Assembly (NCBI GenBank): GCA_963717505.1
Contig: OY970342.1
Span: forward strand, 960,001-1,024,000
DNA length: 64,000 nt
From: Candidatus Eiseniibacteriota bacterium
GTDB taxonomy: Bacteria; Eisenbacteria; RBG-16-71-46
Direction: 5' to 3'
Shown: positions 37,823 to 47,539 of the stretch, one piece after another
Layout: each line of letters opens with the position of its first letter
Numbering within the stretch: the stretch's first letter is position 1
Notes under the pieces: generated by a model
Databases searched by the model: none
Seen by the model: the letters and a program-made list of their open reading frames with translations, nothing else
What the model was told of the DNA's origin: nothing
Translations under genes and position numbers: made by a program

Positions 37823-38950
37823 CTACTTCTTGCGGCCGCGGTTCGCCGCCGCGCGTTTGACCGGCTTGGTGCGACTCTTGGTCGCCACCGAGAGCTTCTT
37901 GGCCGCCAGTGTGCGGCGTTCGGCCTTGCGCAGTCGACCGATCGCAGGCCTGGTCTTGGCGCGTTCTGGGTCGTTCTTCTTCCGCGGCGCGAGTCGCGTG
38001 CGGTCGGGACCGGCGCCACGCACCGACTTGAGACGTGGCGTGTCCTCGGCGCGTTTCTTCGCCACAGAGGCCCGCGCCGCGGTCCGCGAGGCGCGAGTCA
38101 CCTTTGGCTTCTCTCGGTAGTCGGGGCGCAGCGCGACTCGACTCACGGCCTTGGAGCCCTTTGTCACCGGCTTGCGGATCCCGGCACGCCGCGGGGCGCC
38201 ATCGTCCTCGAAGGCCTCGGCCACCGCGGGCGGCGCGGGAATCACGCCGGCGGGTTCGCGGAACACGATCAGGTTGCCGTCGGGGTCCGTGATCTCGGCA
38301 TAGACGCCCAGGTCGCCATCGCCGGGTTCGGAAGTCAGTCGCACACCGCGGTCCTCGACCTCGCGCGACCAGACGTCCAAATCGTCGACGTCGAACGCGA
38401 GCGCCACGCTCTGGTGGGTGTGTGCCGGCGCATCGGGGCGCTCGGCCCGCGCCCGGACGATGATTCGGGAGCCGCCGGTTTCGAACTCGATCCAGTCGGG
38501 CAGCTCGGCCATCGGGGCGAGCCCGAGGCGATCACGGTAGAACATGGCCGTCGCCCCGAAGTCCCACGCGTTGACGATCACCGCGCCCAGCTCGGGCGCG
38601 CCCGAACCGGGGGCGGGCCGGGCCGGCTCGAGCAGCGTGACCAGGGTGCGTTCCGGATCGCGCATGTGGATCAGTCGCCCGAACGGCTCCTTACGGATCT
38701 CGTCGACGAATCGCATGCCGCGGCCGCGCAGTCGCTCGACGTCGGATTCCAGTCGGTCGGTGGCGAAGCACAACTCGTACTCCGGCTTCTGCTCGGGCTC
38801 GATCGCGAGCAGCGCGAAGCTGGACGAACCCGTGCGAAACGGGGTGAAGAACGGACTCTCGTTGCCAGGGGTGAGCCCGACCGCATCCCGGTAGAACTCG
38901 GTCATTCCATCCATATCGGAGGTGAACAGAATCGAATAGGCGAGCTTCAA
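37823..38950 (-). CDS. Tandem VOC/glyoxalase-domain protein with Lys/Arg-rich tail
   Basis: TTG start after GAGAGGG; two FYRD..GL...DPE/DPDGN units. Confidence 0.85.
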   Translation of the reverse strand: MKLAYSILFTSDMDGMTEFYRDAVGLTPGNESPFFTPFRTGSSSFALLAIEPEQKPEYELCFATDRLESDVERLRGRGMRFVDEIRKEPFGRLIHMRDPERTLVTLLEPARPAPGSGAPELGAVIVNAWDFGATAMFYRDRLGLAPMAELPDWIEFETGGSRIIVRARAERPDAPAHTHQSVALAFDVDDLDVWSREVEDRGVRLTSEPGDGDLGVYAEITDPDGNLIVFREPAGVIPAPPAVAEAFEDDGAPRRAGIRKPVTKGSKAVSRVALRPDYREKPKVTRASRTAARASVAKKRAEDTPRLKSVRGAGPDRTRLAPRKKNDPERAKTRPAIGRLRKAERRTLAAKKLSVATKSRTKPVKRAAANRGRKK

Positions 38951-38960
38951 GAAATCCCTC

Positions 38961-40421
38961 TCATTCCACGCTGATCCAGACGCTCTTGACCTGGGTGACG
39001 TCGCGCAGGCTGTCCGGTCCCAGGTCGCGGCCGAAACCCGAGGCCTTGTAGCCGCCGAACGGAACACCGGCGTCGTAGAAGTTGTAGGTGTTGACCCAGA
39101 CGGTGCCGGCCTGGAGCCGGCGTGAGACCGAATGCGCCTTCTTGATGTCGCGCGTCCACACGCCGGCCGCGAGCCCAAAGGGTGTGTCGTTGGCGATGCG
39201 CACCGCATCGTCGACGTCGTCGAACGGAATCACGGCCAGCACCGGGCCGAAGATCTCCTCGCGCGCAACGCGCATGTCGTTGCGCACGCCGTCGAGCACC
39301 GTCGCCTGAACGAACCAGCCCTTGCCGTTGACCGGCTGGCGCTTGCCTCCGGCGACGACTTTCGCGCCTTCCTGGATGCCGGCCTCGACGTACCCGAGCA
39401 CGGTCTGCATCTGCTTCTCGCTGACCAAGGAACCCAGCCGGGTCTTGGGCTCGAGCGGATCGGCGGGCTGGAGCTTGGCCGCGCGCTCGGCGAGCTTGGC
39501 GACGAACTCGGCGTGGATGCCGCGCTCGACCAGCAGTCGCGAGCCGGCGGCGCACACCTCACCCTTGCCATAGAAGATGCCGGTCGAAGCACCGCGCACC
39601 GCGGCGTCGAGGTCGGCGTCGGCGAACACGATGTTCGGCGACTTGCCGCCCAGCTCGAGCGTGAGCTTCTTGATCGTGTCGGCGGCGGTCCGCATCAGGT
39701 GTTTGCCGACCTCGGTCGAGCCGGTGAACGAGATCTTGTCGATCCCGGGATGTTTCACCATCGCCTCGCCGGCCACCGAGCCCTTGCCGGGCAGGATGTT
39801 GAGCGCACCCGGCGGCAGACCGGCTTCGAGCGCCAGTTCACCGATACGGATGGCGCTGAGCGGCGTCAGCTCGGCGGGTTTGATGATGACGGTGTTGCCG
39901 GCGGCGAGCGCGGGCGCCGCTTTCCAGGCCACCATGATCATCGGGAAGTTCCACGGAATGATCGCGCCCAGGACCCCGAGCGGCTCGCGCAGCGTGTAGT
40001 TGAGGAACGCAGAATTCACGGGCAGAGTTTCGCCGGCGATCTTGGTCGCCCAGCCGGCGAAGTAGTGGAAGCAGTTTGCGACCATCGGGATGTCGACCTG
40101 GCGCGACTCGAAGATCGGTTTGCCGTTGTCGAGCGTTTCCAGGCGCGCGATGTCGTCGGCGTTCTGGAGGATCAGGTCGCCGAGCTTGAACAGCACTCGC
40201 TGGCGATCGGCGGGCTTCATCTTGGCCCATGGCCCCTCGAACGCGGCGCGCGCGGCCTGGACCGCCCGATCGACGTCCTCGACGCCGGCCTCGGCCACCT
40301 CACAGATCGGCTGCTCGGTCGCTGGATTCATCGTCGTGAACGTCCGGCCGGAGGCGGCGTCGACCGCCTTGCCGTCGAGAATCAGCTTGCCGGGCTTGAT
40401 CGCGGCGAGGGTTTCGGTCAT
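38961..40421 (-). CDS. Aldehyde dehydrogenase
   Basis: PWNFP, FTGST, LELGGKS, GEVC, EEIFGP, PFGGYK. Confidence 0.96.
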   Translation of the reverse strand: MTETLAAIKPGKLILDGKAVDAASGRTFTTMNPATEQPICEVAEAGVEDVDRAVQAARAAFEGPWAKMKPADRQRVLFKLGDLILQNADDIARLETLDNGKPIFESRQVDIPMVANCFHYFAGWATKIAGETLPVNSAFLNYTLREPLGVLGAIIPWNFPMIMVAWKAAPALAAGNTVIIKPAELTPLSAIRIGELALEAGLPPGALNILPGKGSVAGEAMVKHPGIDKISFTGSTEVGKHLMRTAADTIKKLTLELGGKSPNIVFADADLDAAVRGASTGIFYGKGEVCAAGSRLLVERGIHAEFVAKLAERAAKLQPADPLEPKTRLGSLVSEKQMQTVLGYVEAGIQEGAKVVAGGKRQPVNGKGWFVQATVLDGVRNDMRVAREEIFGPVLAVIPFDDVDDAVRIANDTPFGLAAGVWTRDIKKAHSVSRRLQAGTVWVNTYNFYDAGVPFGGYKASGFGRDLGPDSLRDVTQVKSVWISVE

Positions 40422-40531
40422 TGGGGGGAAGGCCTTTCCAGGCGGGGCCCATTTGTGCCCCGGGCGTCTCGCCGGAGCGGATCGACATCCAGGCGCATCA
40501 TGGCCTGGGAGCGCTCCGTCTGTCGAGTGCC

Positions 40532-40559
40532 TTGCACGTTCTGGACAGGATGCTAGACT
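40532..40559 (+). promoter_or_regulatory. Candidate promoter of the cytochrome operon
   Basis: TTGCAC-N16-TAGACT with extended -10 TGn. Confidence 0.4.
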
Positions 40560-40679
40560 GCCGGCGCTATCACCCTGCGGTTGTCATCGACCCTCTCGAT
40601 CAGCCGCCGGTCGAAACCGTCGGATCCCCTCAAGGCCGACCCAACGTAGCGCCAACCCTCCTCCCCTTGGAGGCGCGCC

Positions 40680-41600
40680 ATGCGTAAGGGTGCAGTCTTC
40701 ACGGCGGTACTCCTCGGCACCTCGACGCTCGCGTTGGTCTTCGCACGCGCTCCGCTCTCGCAGTCGGAAGCGAAGCCCGTCGGCGACGACGCCTGCATCG
40801 AGTGTCACGAGGCGCAGTATCTGAGTTTCCGGGCAGGTCCACACGGCCGCGCCGCCCACGATCCGGGCAACGCCACAGCTCCCGACTGCGAAACCTGCCA
40901 CGGTCCCGGATCGCTTCACGTCGAAGCCGACGGCGACAAATCGCTTCCGGGCTTCGCCACCATGAAGCGGTACGGCGACAAAGCGACCAACGCCCAGGCC
41001 ACCGAGCTGTGCCAGACCTGCCACAAGGGCGGCGAGCAGTCGTACTGGCAGCACAGCGCTCACTCGCGCAAAGGCGTGTCGTGCATCGAGTGCCACAGCA
41101 TGCACTCGGCCAAGGACCCCGGCGGCGAGAAGCAGCTCAAGGCGGAGACGCCCACCGAGATGTGCTTCACCTGCCACAAGACCAAGCAGTTCAAGCTCTC
41201 GCGCTCGGCCCACATGCCGCTGATCGAGGGCGGGATGAATTGCACCGAATGCCACAACCCTCATGGCTCGGCGGGACCCCATCAAATCCGCGCGGTGTCG
41301 AACAACGAGCTGTGCGAGAAGTGCCACGCCGACAAGCGCGGGCCGCTGTTGTGGGAACACGCGCCGGTGCGCGAGAACTGCGTGACCTGTCACGAACCGC
41401 ACGGCTCCAACAACGACAAGGTGCTGACGGGAAAGAAACCCTTCCTATGTCAGCGGTGCCACATCGGCACGCGACACCCGGCCACGCTCTACGACAATCC
41501 CGATCTGCAGAGCAATCGGCTCTTCAACCGCTCGTGCACGAATTGCCACTCGCAGATCCACGGCTCCAACCATCCTTCAGGGAAGTTCTTCCTGAGGTAG
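40680..41600 (+). CDS. Periplasmic decaheme cytochrome c, MtrA/MtoA/PioA/DmsE family
   Basis: Signal peptide; exactly 10 CxxCH; CHGPGSLH, KRGP..WEH.PV, IHGSNHPSG. Confidence 0.95.
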   Translation: MRKGAVFTAVLLGTSTLALVFARAPLSQSEAKPVGDDACIECHEAQYLSFRAGPHGRAAHDPGNATAPDCETCHGPGSLHVEADGDKSLPGFATMKRYGDKATNAQATELCQTCHKGGEQSYWQHSAHSRKGVSCIECHSMHSAKDPGGEKQLKAETPTEMCFTCHKTKQFKLSRSAHMPLIEGGMNCTECHNPHGSAGPHQIRAVSNNELCEKCHADKRGPLLWEHAPVRENCVTCHEPHGSNNDKVLTGKKPFLCQRCHIGTRHPATLYDNPDLQSNRLFNRSCTNCHSQIHGSNHPSGKFFLR

Positions 41601-41611
41601 CGGGGGCAGCC

Positions 41612-43792
41612 ATGACGACCTTCACACGCAATACTCGAACGATGTCGGGGGCCGCGCGGACGGGACTCGCCATCGCGATGATGCTTGCCGCTTCGTTCAC
41701 CGCCGCCTACGCCCAGGATGACAACGCTGAGATCGTGATGCCGACCCAGCTCGGCTATCTGACCTTCGGCCTCCAGGGGTGGGATCAGGACAACCAGGAA
41801 GCCAAGTACCGCGAATTCCAAGACATCGCCCGCGGTCCACTCTTGGAGTCGTTCTTGTGGCGGGACTGGGGTGCCCCGACGCAGTGGACGATCCTCGGGT
41901 CCAGTGCCGTCCGGAACGATCAGTTCTCGAAGATCGGGATGAGCCGGGGCGCTCGGCTGCGCGTGGACCTGGAGTATCAGCGAACGCCTCATCTCTACAG
42001 CCAGGTCGCGCAGAGCTCCTACAGACAGGGCCCCCCGGGCACCTATCTGCTTCCGGACACGCTCCAGAGAACCAACCAGGAGAATCCGACCGGGTACATC
42101 CCGACCATGACCGACCTACTGTCGACGGCGCCGCGCATTCCGCTCGACGCCCGCACCGACAACACGCGCGCGCGGATCAAGACCCGGCCCGCCACCGGCT
42201 GGACCCTCCAGCTGCGGGGCGAAGATCGGCACCGCACCGGCTCGATCGCCTACGGCGGCACGTTCGGGTTCAGCAACGCGGTCGAGCTGGCCGCACCCGT
42301 GGACCATCGCACCGTGGATGCCGAGGCCAGCGGCCAGTACTCCCGCGATCGCATCAACGCCGAAGTCGCTGTGGGTATGAGCGCGTTCGAGAATCGCGTC
42401 AGCACCATGATCTGGGACAACCCCAGGCGCTACACCGACGCCGCGACCACCGGGTCGTCCCGCGGCCAGATGGACCTGGCGCCCGACAATCAAACCGTCT
42501 ACGGGCGTCTGGCCTTCGGCATGCGACTCGCCCCGACCACGATGGTGTCGGCGACCGGTAGCATGTCGGTGGGCGAGCAGGATGATGATTTCCTGCCGTT
42601 CACGATCAATAGCGCGATCCCACAGGGAAGTCTCGACTCGCTGCCCGCGCGCAGCGCGAACGCCAAGTTCGTGCGGACCACCGCCGACCTGCGCTTGACC
42701 ACCCGGCCGCTGACGCGTCTCGGTGGAACGCTGCGCCTCCGGCACCACCGCTACGACAATCAGACGGACGAGCACTCGCTCATCGGGCAGGTTGCGTATG
42801 ACCAGACGTGGCAGCCCGGGGAGGTGCACAGTCACGCGTTCGGCAATCAGCAGACCGAAGTCGGCGGCGACATCGACTTCGACGTCACGAGCTGGCTCGA
42901 CCTCACGGGCCTCCTCGAGTATCGCCAGCGCGAGCACACCGAGCGCGAGGTCGAGAAGGACGCCGAGAGCGTGTTCGGCCTCGAGGCTCGGGCGCGACCC
43001 GGCGACGCCCTGACGCTCAAGGCTGGCTTTCGGCATGGCAATCGTGAGTTCGATGAATTTCACGAGAGCCACTACCAGGACGACACCACGTTCTTCGAAC
43101 AGCCGGACTTGCGGCGCTTCGACGTCGCCAATCGGGTGCAGGACCTTGCCGACGCATCGTTGGGTTGGATGGCCGGCGACAACCTCGAGCTGACCGTGGA
43201 CTACACTTACATGAACAACGACTTCCCCGACTCGCACTACGGGCTGCAGAGCGAGATCGAGCATCTGGCGATCGGCGCGGCGACGATTCAGGCGGGCCCG
43301 AACGGCGAGATCACCGGCGGCTACGGGTTTTCGCGCAAGGAAACCCGCCAGCAGTCGAACGAAAGCAATCCTCCGGTCACCGCCGACGCGCTGACCGATT
43401 GGCAGGCGAAGATCCGCGACGAGAACTGGTACGTGTTCGCGCACGCCGGCTGGTGGGCCGTTCCTCGCCGGGTCCAGTTCACCGCCGACTACACCATGTC
43501 GCGCGACGTCACCGCGTACGACCTGTCGAACGGCGCCGGCACCGCGCAGGATCTACCCAACACCTATTACAACCGCACCGACCTGTTGCTGCAGGCGATC
43601 TACCGGATGCGCCACAACCTGGACATCACCGCGCGCTACCGGTTCGACCAATACCGCGTGGACGACCTGACGACGGAGAACATCCCGCTGCTCGGAATCA
43701 CCGGCACTGCGGCGACGGCCATCTACCTCGGCGACAGCATTCAGGACTACAATGCACACTTGGTCGCGCTAGTGGCGACCAAGCGATTCTGA
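41612..43792 (+). CDS. MtrB/PioB/MtoB family outer-membrane porin
   Basis: Follows the decaheme gene; signal peptide; AKYREF.D, PVD..T, APDN, LRRFD.ANR; C-terminal Phe. Confidence 0.93.
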   Translation: MTTFTRNTRTMSGAARTGLAIAMMLAASFTAAYAQDDNAEIVMPTQLGYLTFGLQGWDQDNQEAKYREFQDIARGPLLESFLWRDWGAPTQWTILGSSAVRNDQFSKIGMSRGARLRVDLEYQRTPHLYSQVAQSSYRQGPPGTYLLPDTLQRTNQENPTGYIPTMTDLLSTAPRIPLDARTDNTRARIKTRPATGWTLQLRGEDRHRTGSIAYGGTFGFSNAVELAAPVDHRTVDAEASGQYSRDRINAEVAVGMSAFENRVSTMIWDNPRRYTDAATTGSSRGQMDLAPDNQTVYGRLAFGMRLAPTTMVSATGSMSVGEQDDDFLPFTINSAIPQGSLDSLPARSANAKFVRTTADLRLTTRPLTRLGGTLRLRHHRYDNQTDEHSLIGQVAYDQTWQPGEVHSHAFGNQQTEVGGDIDFDVTSWLDLTGLLEYRQREHTEREVEKDAESVFGLEARARPGDALTLKAGFRHGNREFDEFHESHYQDDTTFFEQPDLRRFDVANRVQDLADASLGWMAGDNLELTVDYTYMNNDFPDSHYGLQSEIEHLAIGAATIQAGPNGEITGGYGFSRKETRQQSNESNPPVTADALTDWQAKIRDENWYVFAHAGWWAVPRRVQFTADYTMSRDVTAYDLSNGAGTAQDLPNTYYNRTDLLLQAIYRMRHNLDITARYRFDQYRVDDLTTENIPLLGITGTAATAIYLGDSIQDYNAHLVALVATKRF

Positions 43793-43817
43793 GGCCGAAC
43801 AGGAGACTCCAACCACG

Positions 43818-44237
43818 ATGACCCTCCGCGCACGTATCCCGGCTCTCTTCGCCACCGTGTTGGTCGCCGGCGCCCTTATGGCCGCCGGCGCCCGCACGGA
43901 GGAAACGAAGGAGGCCGCCAAGACTGAAACACCTGCCGGCCAGCAGGTGTTCCTCAAGTACAAGTGCAACTCCTGCCACACGATCGAGGCGGCGAAGATC
44001 GTCAAGGTCGAAGCCGAGGAGGAGGCGGCGTCGACCACCAAACGGAAGCCGCCGGACCTCTCGGGCGTTGGCAAGAAGCACACGGCTGACTGGATGCAGA
44101 AGTACGTGACCAAGAAAGAGATGATCGACGGTGAGCGGCACTCCAAGAAGTTCCGCGGCACGGAGGAAGAGCTGAAGACGGTGACCACCTGGCTCGAAAC
44201 GTTCAAGGTGGAAGCCAAGAAGGCAAAGAAGAGCTGA
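43818..44237 (+). CDS. Periplasmic monoheme class I cytochrome c
   Basis: RBS AGGAG; signal peptide; GQQVF...CNSCH; PDLSGVG. Confidence 0.9.
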   Translation: MTLRARIPALFATVLVAGALMAAGARTEETKEAAKTETPAGQQVFLKYKCNSCHTIEAAKIVKVEAEEEAASTTKRKPPDLSGVGKKHTADWMQKYVTKKEMIDGERHSKKFRGTEEELKTVTTWLETFKVEAKKAKKS

Positions 44238-44238
44238 C

Positions 44239-44868
44239 GTGACGCTGGAGAACGTCGTCCTCTTCAGCGTCCTGGGTGTCGGCATCCTGCTGCTGGCCTG
44301 GATTGCCGCGAAGCCGGACATCACGCGGCAGGCGGGTGGGCGGGTGCTCGCCTTTCTCGCGATCTTTGCTCTTCCGGCGCTCGGAGCCAGCATGGGCTTC
44401 ACGACCCAGCTCGAGCACTTCAAGAAGCGCGAGTTCTGCGCGTCGTGTCACACCATGGACGAATACCACCGCAGCCTCCTCGTCGACGACGACGAGTTCA
44501 TCCCGGCACTGCATTTCCAGAACAACTGGGTTCCGCAGGACAAGGCGTGCTACACCTGCCATACCAACTACGGCCCGTTCGGAGATGCGAAGTCGAAGTT
44601 CCGCGGCCTGCGGCACGTGCTCGTGCAGTACTTCGGATCCATCCCCGACACGCTCCACCTGTACGCACCCTACAAGAACCGCGAGTGCCTCCACTGCCAC
44701 GGCGGCGGACGCAAGTTCGAAGCCGAGAGCGCGCACCACGAAGGCGACACGACGTTCGTCGCGCTGATGGAAGACCGTATGTCGTGCACCACCTCGGGGT
44801 GCCACGACGTAGCGCACAACGTGGATGAGCTGGGCGAGGTCGACTTCTGGAAGGCAACCTCCAAATGA
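44239..44868 (+). CDS. NapC/NirT (CymA-like) membrane-anchored tetraheme cytochrome c
   Basis: Two N-terminal TM helices; FCASCHTM, CYTCH, CLHCH, CTTSGCH. Confidence 0.88.
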   Translation: MTLENVVLFSVLGVGILLLAWIAAKPDITRQAGGRVLAFLAIFALPALGASMGFTTQLEHFKKREFCASCHTMDEYHRSLLVDDDEFIPALHFQNNWVPQDKACYTCHTNYGPFGDAKSKFRGLRHVLVQYFGSIPDTLHLYAPYKNRECLHCHGGGRKFEAESAHHEGDTTFVALMEDRMSCTTSGCHDVAHNVDELGEVDFWKATSK

Positions 44869-45074
44869 CCCCGACGAGGAGTCGCATGGAGCGCCGGGTG
44901 CGGGTGGCGGGCCTGCTGGTGCTGGTCGGGCTCGTGCTCGAGACGATCAGCCTGTTGATCCGTCATCCTCTGGGGATCCTGATCCTGTCCATGGTCGGGA
45001 TCCTGATCGTCGTGGCAGGAATCGCGATGTTCCTGCTCGGGCTCGCCGTGCACGAGCCCGCACGTCACGACTAG
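44865..45074 (+). CDS. Small 2-TM membrane protein
   Basis: ATGA overlap with the NapC-like gene; two hydrophobic helices. Confidence 0.7.
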   Translation: MTPTRSRMERRVRVAGLLVLVGLVLETISLLIRHPLGILILSMVGILIVVAGIAMFLLGLAVHEPARHD

Positions 45075-45098
45075 CCTCGCGGTCGCGGCCGGGGGCGA

Positions 45099-45992
45099 CT
45101 ACTCCTGCGGGTAGTCGTAGACTCCGCGGCCGGTCTTGCGCCCCAGCCGCCCCGCGGCCACGTATTGCTCGAGCAGCGGGCAGGGACGGAACTTCTCGCC
45201 CAGCGTGCGGTGCAGGAACTTGAGGATCGAGAGCCGCGTGTCGAGCCCGACGAGGTCGACCAGCTCGAACGGCCCCATCGGGTGGTTGAGCCCGAGCTTC
45301 AGCGCCTGGTCGATGTCGCGGGCACTCGCCACGCCTTCTTGCAGCATGTAGAAGGCCTCGTTGCCGATCATCGCGTTGATGCGGCTGGTGACGAAGCCCG
45401 GCGACTCGCGCACCACGACGCAGGTCTTGCCCATCGCCTCGCCGACGGCCCGGGCCGCGGCGATCGTCGCCTCGCTGGTCTCGAGCGCGCGGACGATCTC
45501 GAGCAGCTTCATACGATGCACGGGATTGAAGAAGTGCATGCCGACCACCTGCGCCGGCCGGTTCGTGGCGGCGGCCATCTCGGTGATCGACAGCGACGAG
45601 GTGTTGCTCGCGAGAACGGTATGGGCGGGCGCGAGCTTGTCGAGCGCTGCAAAAATCTCCAGCTTGAGATCCATGCTCTCGGGCACCGCCTCGATCACCA
45701 GGTCGGCGCCGTGCGCGGCGTCTTCGATGCTGCGCGTCGTGGTCAGGCGCTGGACCGAAGCGGCGGCGGCATCCGGCGGAACCTTTCCTGCGGCAACACC
45801 CTTCTCGAAGATCCCGCGAATCTCGCCGAGCCCGCGATCCAGCGCTTCGGCGCTCGTGTCCTGCATTCGGGTCCCGAAGCCCCCGAGTGCCGCGGCGTAG
45901 GCGATGCCCCGGCCCATGATCCCGGCGCCGAGCACCGCGATCGTCCGGATTCCCATGGTGGCCGGCGCTTCGGGAGCGGTGGTGGCGCTCAC
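45099..45992 (-). CDS. 3-hydroxyacyl-CoA (hydroxybutyryl-CoA-type) dehydrogenase
   Basis: GAGIMG, IEAVPE, SNTSS, GMHFFNP, PMGP. Start GTG 45992 (overlaps bioY stop) or ATG 45956. Confidence 0.93.
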   Translation of the reverse strand: MSATTAPEAPATMGIRTIAVLGAGIMGRGIAYAAALGGFGTRMQDTSAEALDRGLGEIRGIFEKGVAAGKVPPDAAAASVQRLTTTRSIEDAAHGADLVIEAVPESMDLKLEIFAALDKLAPAHTVLASNTSSLSITEMAAATNRPAQVVGMHFFNPVHRMKLLEIVRALETSEATIAAARAVGEAMGKTCVVVRESPGFVTSRINAMIGNEAFYMLQEGVASARDIDQALKLGLNHPMGPFELVDLVGLDTRLSILKFLHRTLGEKFRPCPLLEQYVAAGRLGRKTGRGVYDYPQE

Positions 45993-46573
45993 GCCCGCCC
46001 GCCGCGACGCGCCCACGACCACGCCGCCGGGAACGCGAGAGCCGCGAGCGAGGACTTGATCAGGTCGCCCGGCAGGAACGGCAGCAGCCCTGCGCCCAAC
46101 AACTGCTCGGCGGGCATGAAGCGCGACAGCACCGCGAGCCCGAGCGCGAAGATCACTGTGCTGCCGAGTAGCATGGCCGCGAGCATGGTCAGGAAACGAC
46201 GGTCCCAACCGCGCTGGCAGAGGAAACCGGTCACCGCTGCCGCGAACGGGAACGCGATCAGGTACCCGGCGGTCGGGCCGGCGAACTTCACGGCCCCCGC
46301 GGCGCCGCCGGCGAACACCGGCAAGCCGAACGCGCCCTCGGCCAAGTAGAGGAGCTGGGCGAGGAACGCCCGGCGCGCCCCGAGCACCGCTCCCGAGAGC
46401 AGCACCGCGAACGTCTGCCCGGTGATCGGCACAGGCGACCACGGCAGCGGGAACGCGATCTGAGCCGCAAGCGCGGTGACGATGCTCGCGCTCACGATCA
46501 GCGCCGCGTTTTGCAGGGCATCGGGTCGCGGCAGGGCGACGTCGGCAAGGGTTGCGGAGCGTGCGGCGGGCAT
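45989..46573 (-). CDS. bioY: Biotin transporter S component
   Basis: PVPITGQT, G..GLPVFAG, GPTAGYL, PF.PGD..K. Confidence 0.93.
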   Translation of the reverse strand: MPAARSATLADVALPRPDALQNAALIVSASIVTALAAQIAFPLPWSPVPITGQTFAVLLSGAVLGARRAFLAQLLYLAEGAFGLPVFAGGAAGAVKFAGPTAGYLIAFPFAAAVTGFLCQRGWDRRFLTMLAAMLLGSTVIFALGLAVLSRFMPAEQLLGAGLLPFLPGDLIKSSLAALAFPAAWSWARRGGRA

Positions 46574-46706
46574 GGGGTTCCTCTGGAGTGGGTTCGTAGG
46601 ACCGGTCCTAACCGCCCGGGGATCGGTCCCTGGGGTGTCGCAGGACACAGGATCGAGAGCCGCGAGGCTATCACCGGGCTCGAAAGGCGGGCAACCGTCC
46701 TGGGCG

Positions 46707-47438
46707 TCAGCGACGGACGAGCGGCTTCATGTTCCTGAGCCAATGCTCCTGGAACAGCTCGACCAACCCGACCCCGGTGAAATAGAGGAACCCGAACGCC
46801 GCCGGCCGCCACGGATCGTCGATCCAAAGCCCGCTGCCGGGCAGGTTCGCGGCGCTCTCGACCGCGCTCGTGATTCCCAACCTCGGGATCGGCAGCAGGG
46901 TGGTGAGGAAGACACCGCCGAGGTAGAACATCGCGGTCGCGGCCCACATGCTCTGGATGTAGAGCTTCTGCTTCCCGCTCACGCCGGGCCCCATCATTGC
47001 GCCCATCAGGCGGTTCAAGGTCTGACCCCAGAACGTGATCAGCGGCCACGCCGTCTTGAACGCCAGGCTGAACCCGATCACGAACACCGAGTAGAAGGCA
47101 CCAAGGCCGAGCACGGCGCCCAGTCTCTTCTTCTTGGGATCGTCGCCGTACGCCATGCTGCCCAGGATCGCGGACGAGTGAATGACGATGAATTCGAGCA
47201 GCATGACCAGAACGATGTATTGCAGCATCCAGCCCGGCATCCGGTCGGGCCAGATCCAGGTCAGCAGGCACCCGGCGCCGAAGGCGAGGTCGGGCAGCGC
47301 GGCGGTCAGCGAAGCCGGGGTGATCGAACCCAACCAAGAGTCCACCGGCGCCACGGATGCGTCGTGGCATTCGGCCGCCCCGGCCTCCGGGACGGCATCT
47401 CGCGCCGGGTCGATCCGCCGCGCGGAGGAGGAAGACAT
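46707..47438 (-). CDS. Hypothetical multi-pass membrane protein
   Basis: About 6 TM helices; LEFIVIHS motif. Confidence 0.75.
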   Translation of the reverse strand: MSSSSARRIDPARDAVPEAGAAECHDASVAPVDSWLGSITPASLTAALPDLAFGAGCLLTWIWPDRMPGWMLQYIVLVMLLEFIVIHSSAILGSMAYGDDPKKKRLGAVLGLGAFYSVFVIGFSLAFKTAWPLITFWGQTLNRLMGAMMGPGVSGKQKLYIQSMWAATAMFYLGGVFLTTLLPIPRLGITSAVESAANLPGSGLWIDDPWRPAAFGFLYFTGVGLVELFQEHWLRNMKPLVRR

Positions 47439-47539
47439 GGCCCCGGTATCGGCCGGGCCGCTCCGGTGCTCGACCGCGCCAGGGAATCGGTTCGCCAGGA
47501 CGTTCGCGGCCCGCGCCCTGTGCTAACTTCCGTCGCTCA

